Shown piece by piece: positions 47,513 to 61,400 of a stretch of DNA of 64,000 nt (within the stretch, counting starts at the first letter, position 1; every line of letters begins with the position of its first letter). Under the pieces are notes generated by a model. That model did not search any database and was not told the DNA's origin. It saw only the letters and a list, made by a program, of their open reading frames with translations. The stretch is from Raillietiella orientalis (Eukaryota), in assembly GCA_036172245.1 (NCBI GenBank), contig JAYWIR010000003.1:248001-312000 (forward strand). The letters are read 5' to 3'. The position numbers and the translations under genes were made by a program.

Positions 47513-50214
47513 GCCTATCCTTGTTGAGTGAGAAGGAGCTTTTCTTGCACACGGCGCATGTTGGGCACGCTCGTGCCTTCGAGCAGCATTTCGTAAGTCG
47601 TCCCCAGGAGCAACGAAAAAGCATTGAACTCTCGAATTTGATTACGTCATAACGCTTATTGCAATTCGTGAGTTACCTCTCTTTTTCTGGTGGCTGCAGC
47701 GTTTCTTTCCTTATTTTTTTTTCCCCCCAAACAGATATTCAATAGGCGAAGGAGAACGGGTTCCCTGCTGTGGTGGATAATGGAGCTGTTTGTCTCTATT
47801 CCTTTGGGTGCATCATTGAATTTAAGCTAACCATTTTCCTCATTATATTGTAAGTTTCGTAGGCATACCGCAGTCTCTTGATTTCATTCCCCCCCCCCCC
47901 CTGTGCCCCTCCCTTTTCAAATGAGACACAAAACTTCGAAATGCACTCGTCTCTTCATTCTTTGTCAAATACGGAGCGCGCATTTGTCATCATCAATACA
48001 ATGCTCTCCGCAGAAGCTTTCATTGCATCTTCCTTCCTCAGAGAAAGCGTTTTGCTTCTATTTTGCACAGATACTCATAAAGCTTTTCGGTAATTTGCAG
48101 TTTGCATTCGTATTAATTAAGCACGCGTTACTGATAGAATAGCATTCGTATGAACGCTTTTCGATCAGCAACGCGTTTCACGGGTAAGCTACCCGCCCTT
48201 TCTCAGATTGGGTTCTCAGCATCCTTGTTCCGTTCTTACCAAATAACCAAATCTCGAACTTTTATCTCGGGAAACTCTTTGCTCAGCCCGTAGCTCAGTG
48301 TGTAGAATATTCCATCTGTTGCTCTTTTCCTTCCCAATTGGGCTGTTAAACGTGCGGTTGAACGCCACAGGAGAATTGCCTATGATGGGATGATTGCAGC
48401 GGATGCTAGAAGCCATACTTCCAGGATAATGTTTCCGTCTGTCACGAAACATGTATCTTTTCAGATAATATCCTTGCCTGTGTTGTTTCGGAATTTTTAA
48501 GGTGGCGTGTATGTCGGCATCCCAAACGCCTGCATTCTTACTGATTAAGCCGAAGGTGTGCTTCGCTCCAGACAGAGTCTGCAAGAGATGATGGATAGCT
48601 GTGTTTGCGAAGAGGGGGGAAGTCACGCGGATCTTCGACCACCTCCCTGGTTCCGAGAGATCCCTCAAACCCGTTCCAAATCTCGAAACCTCGTCCGGCG
48701 AGATTCCTGTGGGGAACCTTTGCTCTCTCCCTTTTATTCATTCGCGCGCTGCTGTTTTCCCGTTTCCGTCATTTCTCCGTTTCGGGACTCATTATTTGTT
48801 GGCCGGTATCTTGTTTCACTCCAACTTGCAACTTTTCGTATTTGATTCCCGACGTCTCTCGCAGGACAATTATCCGCCTGCTCTAACGAAGCGCCCGACC
48901 ACACACATTCCGTCCATTTTTCTCAGTCTCGAAAGCCCACGCGCGGGTTTGTTTTCTGCGCCAGTCTTGAGAGGCACGAGGGCTCCATGTCAACTCGTCT
49001 GGAGCCAAATCGCTTCGAACCGCTCCGTGGAACGAAGCTTTGGTTTGGGGAGTTCGGGAGGAGCGGGTTCCGCTTCTGCGTCCCTGACGTGAGATCCACG
49101 CCACAGAATGACTCGTTCAAGGAGGTGTGCAGCCTACCTGGAGCCGAATCTGCCTCGTCTACACTCGTTTACTCGTGAAAGCTTCCTCACCGGAAAATGT
49201 TTCCTCGTTTCCAGAAGATTCGAATCTGGGATGCGAAGTAACTGTGAAGCAAGTAAAGTGGGAAGGAGTGCTGAAGGCTAAAGTGCGCTAGGATCTCAAA
49301 TCCGGTGAGTGACGGAGGAGTTTTGTACCGCTTCGGACGGTTGGTGTGGCTGCTTCTCGACTTCCCGAGATCAACTCGAGAAGAGGATGTCAGAAGATCA
49401 TCAGAAATAACGACGCAAGATTTGACAGAACCACGCACAAGCATCCAAGAACTGCTGGGTGATTTTTGGTGCTCCTCGAGGGATGTTGCAACCATGAACT
49501 GTTTTCCCATGAGAGAGTCATCTCGCATTCCTCCTCCGATGGGGATGTGACTGTACCAGCTTTACAAATTAACAAAAGCTGTGTACTCTGGGTGAGTCTT
49601 AGCCTCAGGAGCATTCTGTAAGTCGAAGATTTCAAGATCAGGCCTGATCTCAAGCCCAGATGTTTGTGCGCGCTTAAAATTTATCGACCAGCACTTTTCT
49701 CACATTTTATCATTTCAGTTTCAAAGGGTGCTGCATTTCTTTATGTGTAACGTTTTTTGGTAAAGGATTGGAATGCAAGTTTTTCTAACTTGTGATTCCC
49801 GACTTGGAACTTTTTTTTTTTTTTCCTTTCTACAGATTATCATTATGTGTCTTCCCTCTTCGTGTTTCAATAAAAGGATAGGATAGTGTTTGCTCGCACA
49901 CACTCCGACTTCTTCGCCTGATGATCACAGGATCTCCATGCTGCTCAAGCAGACTAGGGGATTCGTTCCATCGTTTCTTTCCCCTCCTTTTTTTTTTTTT
50001 TTTGTTCTTTTCATTCCCCCCCCCCCTCCCCTTAAGAATGCATTTTCTTGCACTTGCGTTTGTTTGCACGAGCATTTTTCTTTTTTTTTTTTTTTTCGGT
50101 GCAGAGAGAGCAAATTATTTGGCAGTTCCACACTGCGAATGTGCCGAATTGCCCGAAAGCTGCGTGAAAAGGCGAAGGGCAGCCGCCTGACTTGTTGTGC
50201 AACATCGCAGAACA

Positions 50215-51639
50215 ATGGCCTCCGTTTGCCCCCTAACGTTTCAAACACTTCTGTGTCTGCTTGTTGCGCTGTGCACGGAAAGGGGTAAGTTTTATTGACA
50301 GATGCGCGCGTGTTTCCAAGGGAGTGTTTGCCAGCCACTCCCTGGCTCTTGCCTAATCGGTCTGTCCGAGAAAAAAAAAAAAAAAACGAAACAGCATCTC
50401 AAGTACCAGTGCTGTGATGATGATCTGTTTTTTCACTTTTGCTGTACGTCTTTAGGAATGTTGCGTCCATACACATCGTGGGCACAGAGTAAATAAATGG
50501 AAGTCGGGAATTCGATGCTTTTGTGTCCGAGAAGCATGCTGACTGACAATGCGCAGACACACAAAGCAGTAGCTGCTGCCGAGTCCAAAAAACATTACAA
50601 GTATCGTTGAAGTGCTAAACTGTGGTTTTGTTTTGTTGTTTTTTTTTTTTTTCTTCACCTTTTTGAACGGCATACTTGTGATTTTGTTTTTGAGGAAAAG
50701 CATGCTCCCTGCCCCCATGTAGATCTACTTGAGGGACGTTCATTGTACGCACTTCATCCTTCATCCTCAAGTCTCTTGATCTTTTGCCTAGTTGCTCCTC
50801 CCGGATATTCCCCGCTATCATTACCGTATATAATATTTTGGGGATGCATGCGGAGCATAGTAATCAGATTTTCAGAAGATCTCCACCAGTAAGTATTTTA
50901 GTTTGAGCTAGGTGGCTTCAGCATTTGCTTCAGCATATGTGCATATATGAAAATGATGTGATTTGTAGCATGCTGTGATTTTTGGTTTCGATTATTGGGC
51001 TACTTTCATATCTGTAACCCAATTTTTTGCTGGAAAGTAAATATGTGTGCGCGCGTGTGTGTAAGTTTCCTGCAGATGTTTTTGCATTCATTACCTTGCT
51101 TCCCTCATGCATCTTGAATATTCATGAAAGGTGTTCAAGATTCCCTGAAGGAGAATCTGAAGGCTTGTTTTAACACATTTCATAAAGATGCGTTATGAAA
51201 TGTGTGACATGAAACTTACTGTTTTTAAAAACTGATTTCACTTTTAGCAAGCAGCCTGCTATGTTACAAATGCAACTCAGCTCATTTCTTGAATGGCTCA
51301 GAATGCCTTGACCCATTCCCTCCTATGGACAGAAAGCATTTCCTTGTCGATTGCTCAGCAGAACATCCCAACTCCACTTATTGTCGGAAACAACATCAGC
51401 AATGTGAGTTGTTCTGTTCTTTTCTTCATCTGTAGTTTTTAGTTGGAGAAAATTTGCGTGTGATAAGAAGTTGTGGATGGGAGGAGGACCGTTCAGAGCA
51501 CAACTGTTACTTAAATCCATCTGAAAATTATCAGATTACTTACTGTCATTGCTCTGAAAGTCTTTGTAACACTGCCCCAATTTTGGAATACTCAATGGCA
51601 TTAAGTGCCCCAATCATACTCTTGTTAGCATTTCTGTGA
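50215..51639 (+). CDS. Ly6/three-finger GPI-anchored protein (crok/crim/quiver-like group), 140 aa
   Basis: Exons 50215-50284, 51248-51403 and 51443-51639 (423 nt). Signal peptide MASVCPLTFQTLLCLLVALC; LLCYKCNS...CLDPF...FLVDC...YCRKQHQQFGENLRVIRSCGW...CY...YCHCSESLCN (10 Cys); hydrophobic tail ALSAPIILLLAFL*; AATAAA at 51790-51795. Confidence 0.9.
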
Positions 51640-53847
51640 TGCTGCAAGAGTGCTTGTGTAGTGCCTACTACTTTTACAGCAAATACTCATCAAAGTGACG
51701 ACCTTCGTGGATGTAGAATTATCAAAGATGTAGTGATTAGAAATGACTGACCCTGATTGAGAGTTGGGTCTTAATTAGTATTTTCATATAATAAACTGTT
51801 TGTATTATTTCATTGGGTACAGTCTCCAAACACAGTGCTTAACGTTTGCCAAAAGGTGATCGTTCATTGCAGATTGGATCTTTTACACAGTGTGCACCAC
51901 TGTGACTGTAGTGAACACTGCATTTTCGCGTCCACTGTGGATGGTTTCCGCGAAACTCAGTTTTTGGGCGCATTCATTCAAGGCACTCCCTGGCGCACTG
52001 CAAGTACCTGCGTGCATCCCATGTGTGTTTAGGTCAGGAAGGCAGCTGCCAAGTACGGCTGCCAAGGATGATTATGCCAGGAAGAAGCGCATGACAAACC
52101 GGCGGTAAAAAGTCAAATGTCATCCCAAAGGCAATGGCCACGGCAGGTCGGGGAGACTCTAAAAGGAACTTGTAGATGGGTGGCAGCGACTGGGAGGAAT
52201 GCACCAAACGTGCTTCCTTTGTCGGCTGCAAAGTAGAAGAATTGTTTGGAGAAACCTTCTCGCTCGTTCGCGTTCTCTCGTAATTGTGAGGTAATTTTTG
52301 GGAGGGAGAGGGAACTTTTGCGACGGCATTGCTGCACCTCCTCGTATCCCGCGCTCCGGACGACCAGATGACCGTCGCCGGGAGCAACTCGGGGTGATTC
52401 CCAGATCGGTGTTTCAAGATGGGGAGGAACGAGGACAGCAATACAGGGATGAAACTTACTCGTGATGAGCAGTAAATCACGCAAGTAAAGCAACAGCAGA
52501 AGACAAGAACAGAATTCGTTATTTTCCAAAGTCTTCGGGGTGGTGAGTTGCGCTCCGCGCACGTGGATGGGCGTCTCCGAGCAAGAACTCTGAAGGCCTC
52601 GCTCGGAAAACGCATCTTGGGAAACGCATCTGCAGCAGGTTGCCAGATGAAACCGACTGCTGTGTGTGTGCGTGGAATCCTACGTATGCAAAAGCAGACC
52701 AATGTCTCTTAATGAGACAACCGATGCGGAATGAAATTCGTCGGAGGGAACGTCGGTCTGCAACTCCACGACTCTCTAAACATGCAGTCCGATGAACACG
52801 CATCTTGACGTGAAAATATGGAACGTACTCATTGAAACTAGTTTCAACTTTAGTGGTCAGGGAAGGAAAGGGGGGGAGGAAACCTGCAATTTTGCTGTTT
52901 TTTTTTTTTTTTTGGCAGAGCTTCGAGATTCGCGCAAAGTTATGTACGGAGAGAGCTTTTTCCGCTACACGATGAACCAAAAAAAAGAAAAAGAAAGCGG
53001 AGACATCGAATGAACCGTGTGGATCGAAAAGGGCAACGAATCACTTTCGTCTCGGAATACGAACGAGTGCACTAACCTGCAAATTCAACGGGACCAAAGA
53101 GCATCCGCATGCATCCCCAGCCATCACTCTGCGGTGAAAGACTGTGTGGACTTCACCGCCAACTCCTGGTGAGGTCGCCATTCTGAAACGAAAGTTCACT
53201 CACAGGAGCTCAACACCTGCAAATCGATATTCGCTGATATGTGGAAATTATGGTCCGTAGCGTGGAGACGATGCTGGAGACACCAGACAGGCTCTTCGGG
53301 GCAACGCGTGCTGCCGAGACTGCCTGCCCGATTCGAACTCGGACCAGTGAAGTGGACGCGGACCTTTGCTCTGAAGGGGTCAGTCTGGGTTCCCATTTCA
53401 CGTGCCTGCCGGAACATTCACAAAGTCGTGAACATTTCGTGCGTCAGAAGCTTGCCGGGAGACGGATGCTGACGCCTTGGCTTTCCCGTCGAAGCTCTCG
53501 CAAAATCTGAGAAATAAAGAGGGCGCGCACAGTGTTCTGTTCACCGGAAATGGAATTACATCCAAGTGAAACTTCGCTGATGATGAACAAGCAAGCATCC
53601 GGAATGCGGTTGTCACTGAAATTTACATTTCACCTTTAGTGATCAAATGGAGAGAAAGAAAGAAAAACAAGGGCAGAAACGTGCAATTTTTCTTTATTAG
53701 AATTTCGAGAATCGCGCAAAGTTTTTGTACGGAAGGAGCCTTTTTCGAGATTCTGATCCCTCTCTCCAGAATGTGGTTGTCTATCAATACTTGAAACTAA
53801 AATAGTGATACTTCGAATTCTTTTTGCGCTGATCAATAAAATGAACT

Positions 53848-56800
53848 TCAGAAAGTGATCTCGAACGGCAGATTGGGGTTTCTTGAGCCACTTCCTACGT
53901 ACACATTCCCGAAGAACGGCGTTAGAGGACGGTGGTAGAAGGTTAGTCCGGGCCATATCAGATTTTGAAGAACTATGGAACCTATGCTGCGTTCCCACTG
54001 TAGTGCCCAGGATCCTGGTAGTGCGAAAGATGGGAAGAGACGCATTTCAATTCAAGAAAGGAAAAGCATTTCCAACAGCGTAATTACCTTGAAGGCCATC
54101 CTTGTCGACCGACCGGTTAGCATGGGTTGGTGCACCTTCGCATATTGAGGAATTTGGCTCGAGAGAGTAGCTTGATTGATATTGTGGATACAGGTAGAAA
54201 TAGGATGTAAGACTTGTTGCTTCTTCCAAACTTAAACCTGAGGATGCCATCGAAAATTGTGAGAATAAATTTCATTCAGACTTATCCAAGAAGCAATGCG
54301 CGTGCCTTATTTAGACATGCCAGCACTAACAAGTGGTCACTCTTGCCGGCCCCGCGAGATCCCCAAACTCCTTCCCCGTGACGCCAACTGCAACTACTCG
54401 AAAACTGATACTTGGACGAAGGTCATCAATAAATAAACAAACGACAATTCCCATCTCATGGTTAGTGAGTGGGTCCGGCGGACTGAACACTCATTTCTAT
54501 CAATTTGTGTGAAATCTTCTCGTGTCAGTCGTTCCACTGAGCATGCAGGGCAATTCAGGACTTTTTTGTTGTTGTTGTTTTTTCCATGCTGCAAACTATT
54601 TTTCGAACATCCGTCCCAGCTTCGTTTTTGTGAAACTTGATGGAAACGTCGTGCTGTATGCTAGTGTGTTTAATGTATGCTTGGATCTACGATTGATGGG
54701 TCACTGAAAGCGCTCCTGAGAGATGGACGGGAAAAGAAAATGCCTTTACCCTCGCAACACCACGGCCGTGATAATGCCTTCTATAATTGGTTGCCTTTCG
54801 TCAACTTCACGTGTGCGTGTGCAGTTGAAGTCGGGAATCGTATTTCCGATCACTGAGCTCACAGCAGATATGTGCTGCGGAGAGGTAACTGATATCCAAC
54901 GCTGCGGAGGCCAAACGTTGCTCGTGCCCAACTGGTAAGTGCAGAATCGCAGCACACTTCGCGCGATCTGTCATAGAGGTGGCAACGATGTCGGATTCTT
55001 TGTCCGTGAGCATCTTGGAATGCTGTCTTGTGGCATAGTCTAGGTTGGCATGGGCCACCACATCTTGATCTACACTCCCGTTTGGCTGGTAGTAGCGCTG
55101 GGAAAGTTGGTTCGCACGTGCGTGCGACGCTGAAGGCTACAAAGGTGCTGGTGGCAAAGTGCTACAGTCAACAGATGAGGGTGAGTAAAACGAAAACAGG
55201 CTGCCTTCCCTTCACTCTTCCTCAAGGGTAGATCTCTGAGAGTATTGCGATTTCACCCCACTAATGGTTTCCTTCGAATGGTAGTGAAACTCGGAAGCAC
55301 TCTCGAAAGCAATCTGGGGTTCTATCTTTAGTTCAGTGCAGACATTCAAGAGAAGGGTCCGCGTATCTTCACTGCGAGAGACATTGGCGAACCCTCCTTC
55401 ACTGATCTCCTTTGCGGAAATGTTTTCCTTTCCCTCGTAAACTGCTTCTTCAGCACATCTCAACCTCCCCACCTTATCGCTTTAGCCGTTCAGGTGATCT
55501 CTGACGCCATTCGAATCCCATGGTAACTGGGGCTCCTGGTTCTCTCATGGTCCAGCTGCAGTAGCTCTCCCAAACTTAAACCATCAGTGGCTCTTCGGTC
55601 CGTGCATCTTCGGTCACGAAAGCTCCTTTCCTCGAAGATCTTGTCCCAAGGACCAATTCTTCCGAGACACCTTACCCTCACAGCACACTCTTGTGCTCTC
55701 TGAACTCCTTGAGTCCATGTGAAAAATCTGGAACCACTGACATTGCGATGGGTTGTGTAAGAGAAACTCCCACCAGGTTCATAAGGCTGCTTCTGACCGA
55801 GAGTCACCACACGAAGCAGGCTGGAGAAGGATGACTTGGAATATCATGCGAAGAGCTCCACCTGGTTTCCGTGTCGCTAATCTGACCAGTCCTGGAGATC
55901 ACATCGGTTGCCTCAATTCGAATTCATCCCAGCAGCATCACTAGACTTCTTCTTCGTTCCCCGTGCTTCGAGGTGTCTCTTGAAACCGTGCTCTGCCGCC
56001 CTTCTGCAGGACTCGAGGATCGCAAACTGTGCATCACTCTTGAAGCAGTTTGCCGCACTTCGTGCCGCGCGCTGTTCCTCTCAAAATGGTACCAAAAACA
56101 CGAGTGTCTTTTGTTGCTGTTGTTTTTCCCCACCTTGCTATCCCGGTTGCTGTCTACCCTGAGCCCCACCTTCAGGGGAGTCCAGTGATCACAGGCGTGA
56201 AAGAGTAGCGATACTTTGTACGAAGCGAACTCTGACGGCCTCAACTGGGAAACACGTCAAATTAAGCGGAAGGCTGGTCGACGCGGATAATGACATGTGT
56301 CTTCGACAGCATCCCTTTAAAGAGCGATCTACGAGGAAAAAAATCTCCTCCTGCTCACCTTTCTTTTTTTTTTGGTCTCGATTCTAGTTCATGTGATTTA
56401 TTCTTGCGCATATTCCCGAAAATACTAAAGTAATACTAAAGTCAAAGTCCTTCGGAGGACACTCTTAGACTCTATTAGAGCTGCCCGTATCGATAGAGAA
56501 GCTTTTACGGGATGGCGGAGCAGGAAGTCGCTAGATAACGGATCTTCGAATACACTTTTCCAGTCCCTGTTTTGTGCTCCTTTGAAGTAGAGAGCTCTTC
56601 TTGGGTTGTTTGTTTTCGGAAGAGTGAATGTGAGTGGAAACCAGACGGGACCATCAGAGTAAAAAGTGCTGTGGATTGAGAAAGAGGATTCTGCACGCTG
56701 TGCTGTGACTCCCGCGGCAGCAAGAGCACGCATTTCCCTCGATAGCTCCTTTTTTCATGTACAAAATTTGTGGATGAAGAATGATATGGTGACTCCCTTG

Positions 56801-58367
56801 GGAGGAAAGGTAGGGGAGAGGACGGCCAAGAGAAACAGCCTTGCGGAAACTGCGATCTTATTCCGTGTCGCTCTTCCGCGTCGAAAAATGTGGAACACGC
56901 CTCAAGAATCACTCCAGTCTTCGAGAGTTGCGAGGCAGCGTTCGGATGTGTGCACGTCCTGAGAATGACAGGTGGGAGAAAACTGACCCGTCGAGAGCCG
57001 AAGGCAGAAACTCGAAAACACACACAAAAAATACTCTTCCACTCTCCTCTGGAACTTTTTCCTTTTGTGAACAGACAAGGGGAAGGATAATCAGGCTTAA
57101 GAGTCTTCGTAGTGACAGCAGAAAGGACCGCATAGCATAAACGAGAAAGCAACTGTGGCAAAGGTCATGAAAAAATCGACTGTTTCGACTGACACCCCTG
57201 AGTTTTCTCTTCTTGGGGGAAATCACTGTTCTGGTTCATCGTATGCTGGATGTGAATGGAGTTTGGGGGGAAACCAAGAATGTGGACCGCTTTCTTTCAA
57301 GTTCACAACTCCACTCAAGACGAAACTTTGGTTGTGGAGGCCTTTCATCCTCGCTCCATAAGATCAGAACAGCTCAACGCAAAAACGTAAACTTCACCGA
57401 CGTCTCCCGATTTCATAGCCTTTTCAAGCCGCTTCTTCTTATACATTTCCTCCTTTGGCTTCTCCCTGTCGACGTTCTCATTGAGGAGCTTCAACTTGAT
57501 GTCGCGTTCTGTACTGCGGTGACTTCCATCCACTGCTGCCTGTTTTCACCCTGAACATCCATTTCCCATCAAGGTGAAACAGTAAGCCTCCATTAAACAT
57601 CGAACGTCGTGACTTTGGATGATCTTCCACCCATCTGCTGCTCGCATCTGTGGCTATGCTTGCGCATCATATCCTTCGAGCCCGTTTGGTAAATGGAACC
57701 GGTTAATCTCTACAGCTGTTCAGTCGTTAGCTGAAGAATCGGAGTCAGAAGCTTGAGCTCTTCAACAGAGGGCAAACGCTGTTCTTTGGACTGCTCCCAC
57801 CAGTTGAAGTCTGCAAAGGAACCCATGGAGGTCGCAGTAATTCCAGGGTTCCCTCCGGGGTTCCATACATGCATCTACGCAGCTTGAGCAAGTCAGAGAC
57901 AAGCAGGAAAAATGTTGTCCTCGAATGATCCGCCGTAATCTTAAAGAAAAATGAAACCATGGCAGATTTCCAGCACATCACGGAAATGTTCCGATTCAAC
58001 CGTGAGTTCGCTTCACCACTTTCCCCGTTCCATCATCGTGGCACATACGCCGTTTCGTCCTTTTGGTCGTTGCAACTGGTTGTGCCGACCGTTCCAAAAT
58101 TTTATTCCCGGCCGATTTGTTCGATGGGATCCGAAAAAAGCAGTTGCGAGGTCGCTTTCGATTCTCAAAGTGCTTCCGCACTTCCGCTAACCTCAGTCGC
58201 GTATCGAACCGGGAAGGGCATGTGCGCAGTGTTCTCGGGGAGAGCATGGCGTGCGTGCTGAGCACGAAAAGCGGGCGTGCCCCACCCATCCTTCTGGATT
58301 GCAAAATTACGCGTCGGATACAGTGTCGTATGTTCGTATGATGTGCATGTATGTGTGTATACATTGC

Positions 58368-58403
<36 letters not shown>

Positions 58404-61400
58404 ACTCTGTCGCTTCCTTATGGGGGACAACAGAACAGCCCGCTAATAAACGTCGTGGAGTTTGCATCTAATTTCCAGCGAACTTGGGTTCTGTTCGGAC
58501 CGGAGCTGCAGAAAGGCCACAGGGATACCCATCTTGAGTAAACAGTCTTCGAAGATTCGAAAACACATACACGCGGAGGCGAGGAACTCGGACAACAGGG
58601 ACGGAAAACCAAGCCATTCACTTCATTTTTGCAAGAGTAAGAACTTCGAGTTTGAACTGTAGGTATGTTCTTATTGTGCCATCATGTTAAACAGTATAAA
58701 TGCTAAAACCCACGCACACACACACGCACGCACGCACATGCATGCTATGCACATCCACACGCAAACTCACATAGCAGGTCTAACTTTTTCTTGTTGTTCG
58801 GATCTTTCGAATTCGACAGAGGGGGCGCAGGACAACCAAGACGGAAATTCAATATTTCGATGTGCCTGCTGGGAAAATTATCCCAACCCACGGAGTGTGA
58901 AAGTACATTATTAAAACCTCGCTTGAAAAAATACGATAAATTCCTTCGGGGCTTTCCATAGCGAAGAGTCGAATATGTGAACCCACTTCCCAGTTGAGCG
59001 CACGGGCCTTTGGGTCGCGAAACGCAAGGCAGCGCAAACTGCCCGCCCCTTCCCCGCGCGGGGGCCCACGACTTGGCTCTCGTCGTTGCAATGAGCTCAA
59101 TGCCTCGTGCAATTCAGAGAGGATCATGTGCTGATCTGTTTTGCTGTTTGTTCTGGAATAGGGGACTAACGCTCATGACTACACAAGTTATGCTTTACTT
59201 GGGCTGCACCGTGAACTAATGGGTAAATTTATTTTCAGTATGTTTCGTGCTTAATGTATTTTTATTTCGGTTTTTCCAGTCGTAATAGAATATTCATTGG
59301 AATGTCGAAACTCTTTCTCTCCCCGTTCCGAGTCCGCCGTGAAACCTAAAGGCAGCAAGGTTGGCGGTGAGGTCAAACTGAGCGGAGAGAGAAGAACTTT
59401 ACAACTGAAAGATGAGGAGGAGGCACCCTACGTCTTCTTAAACACACTTAGATTCTGATTCGAACGCATTTTACCCTTTGTATACTTTAGCTATATATGC
59501 CGTTCGTCTCTGATAAAAACAACCCTTCCTTCGAAATCGTCTTTGATGAAGCGGATTTGTGAGTGCAGGGATATTGCTTTTCAACCAGAATAGAGGAAAT
59601 TTGGTGTCCGACCGCAGCTTATTCTTCGCGGAATGAGGTGCCGCCGTCGCCCTGATGTACGACGCGTTCATTAGCAGCAAGGAGAGCTAATAGAAAATTG
59701 CGATCTCTCTCTATTCGTCGGCTGCGGAAACCGGGATGCGACATGCAGTCAGTCGTTCAACTGCTTCGACTGCTCGAATCTGTCTGGAAGAATCCAAGCA
59801 TGGCAAGAACAAATTTGCCCCCGCTTATCAAACCGTGCTCAAGAAGGCCGATGTTTTACTCCCGGAGCATCTTTTGAGACCTTAGTTTGATGTTCAACCA
59901 AACTACCTGAGAACAGTTGGTTCCTAGTGGGATCCGTGGTTGGTTGAATCAAATACGAGCCACGTGGAATGATAAAAGAATTTTGGATCTGAGTAACAAC
60001 AGCACTCAAGCGTTCTTCTTCTTGAAGAACTTCATTCACCTATGTGGAAAAGAATCACTAATCTAATGGCATATTCACAGTTAGTGGAATTCTTTCACAA
60101 TGGAATGGTGGGAGACTTTGTTCTCATGAAACGTTTCTCCTTAAAAAATGGTTTGGGATAGAAAATGATTTTCTCAAGTGAAAACGGGTCTCAAGAAAGC
60201 AAAATAAAGGACATCGAACTTCTGCAAGTGAAAAGATAAACTTCGAAAATGCATTCAACAGACACGTTCAGCTTCAGCACATCGAATAAGAAGTGCGTGT
60301 GTGACACATCCCCATCGACGTCACGTACGCATACCCGGAAACACCTCAAAGTGTTTATGAAAACACGACAGAGGGTGGTGCGTTGTACCAGCTCAAACCC
60401 CAAAAGTGATTTTCCATGCTGGAAACCCGGAACTTGCAATTTGGATGGAAAGTAAGCCGTTTGGTGAGGAACTAAAGTACGACCTTCGCTTGTGAGCTAA
60501 AGAACACCAATGATTCTTTCTGCTTTGATGTACTCCTTGTAAACATTCGGAACAAACACCAGCAAACATAGGTCTGTCTGGATCGCGAATCTTGTCAGAA
60601 CCAGTGTCACACAGATCACGGAATTTACTTTGTCCTCTACATCACGGATCTGTTCGTGGCGACCGTCCACTTGAAATACACAATAAACGACTTTCTCCCG
60701 TCTGCGCACTCTCTCCAGGATGGTACACAAACCGTTGGGATTGACAGAGATGGAAGACACTGCACATCGGTATTTGTTAAGCTTTTCGTTTTTATTGCTT
60801 GCACGCTATTGTTCTCGGCCTCTTGGTATGGGTTTCCTTTAAAATTGGGGAAACACCTCCAGTTTCCACTTTTCTGCTGTTCTTGCAGTTTCGAAAGGAG
60901 TTTTTATTTAACAGTCTCGAGTGCCCTCTTGCCTTGACCCAGCTGGATACTGCCGTGCAAACTGCGAATCCTTTACAAGCACAAATCCTTTCTTGGCACT
61001 GTCTATTTGATCGTTCTCTTGAGCAGACAGCTGACCTTCTTTGGCTTGCTGCTTGCATTTCAATTACGCAACTACGTTCGTATTTGCTTTCTGATGACGC
61101 TTTCTCAAGTTGTGCCTCGCTTTCGACTGCATTTCTCTTGTGTATTTGCGACGAGTCTCTTTTCCGATAGGACGCTGTGCAGTTGGCGCATGTTTCAGGA
61201 CGATGCAAAAGATTTGACATTGAGGCGAGACGTCCTAGTAGCAACTTCCATCCGTATTGGTTAGGCACCTTGCTGAGTGAAGACCTGCAGCTTCAACACA
61301 CGCAGATACCCATGGCACTTGAACCCGCTGTGATACCAACGCAGATTACTAAGCGTATCCATTCGCTCGTTGAGGATGGAACCCAGGTCAAGTCGTAGAG

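Noticed and set aside
46000..50000. ORFs such as 48216-48668 and 47141-47326
   Set aside because: No recognisable homology or supported splice chain.
53580..53619. C/D box snoRNA (ATGATGA...CTGA)
   Set aside because: Only ~40 nt in total, with no terminal stem or recognisable guide.
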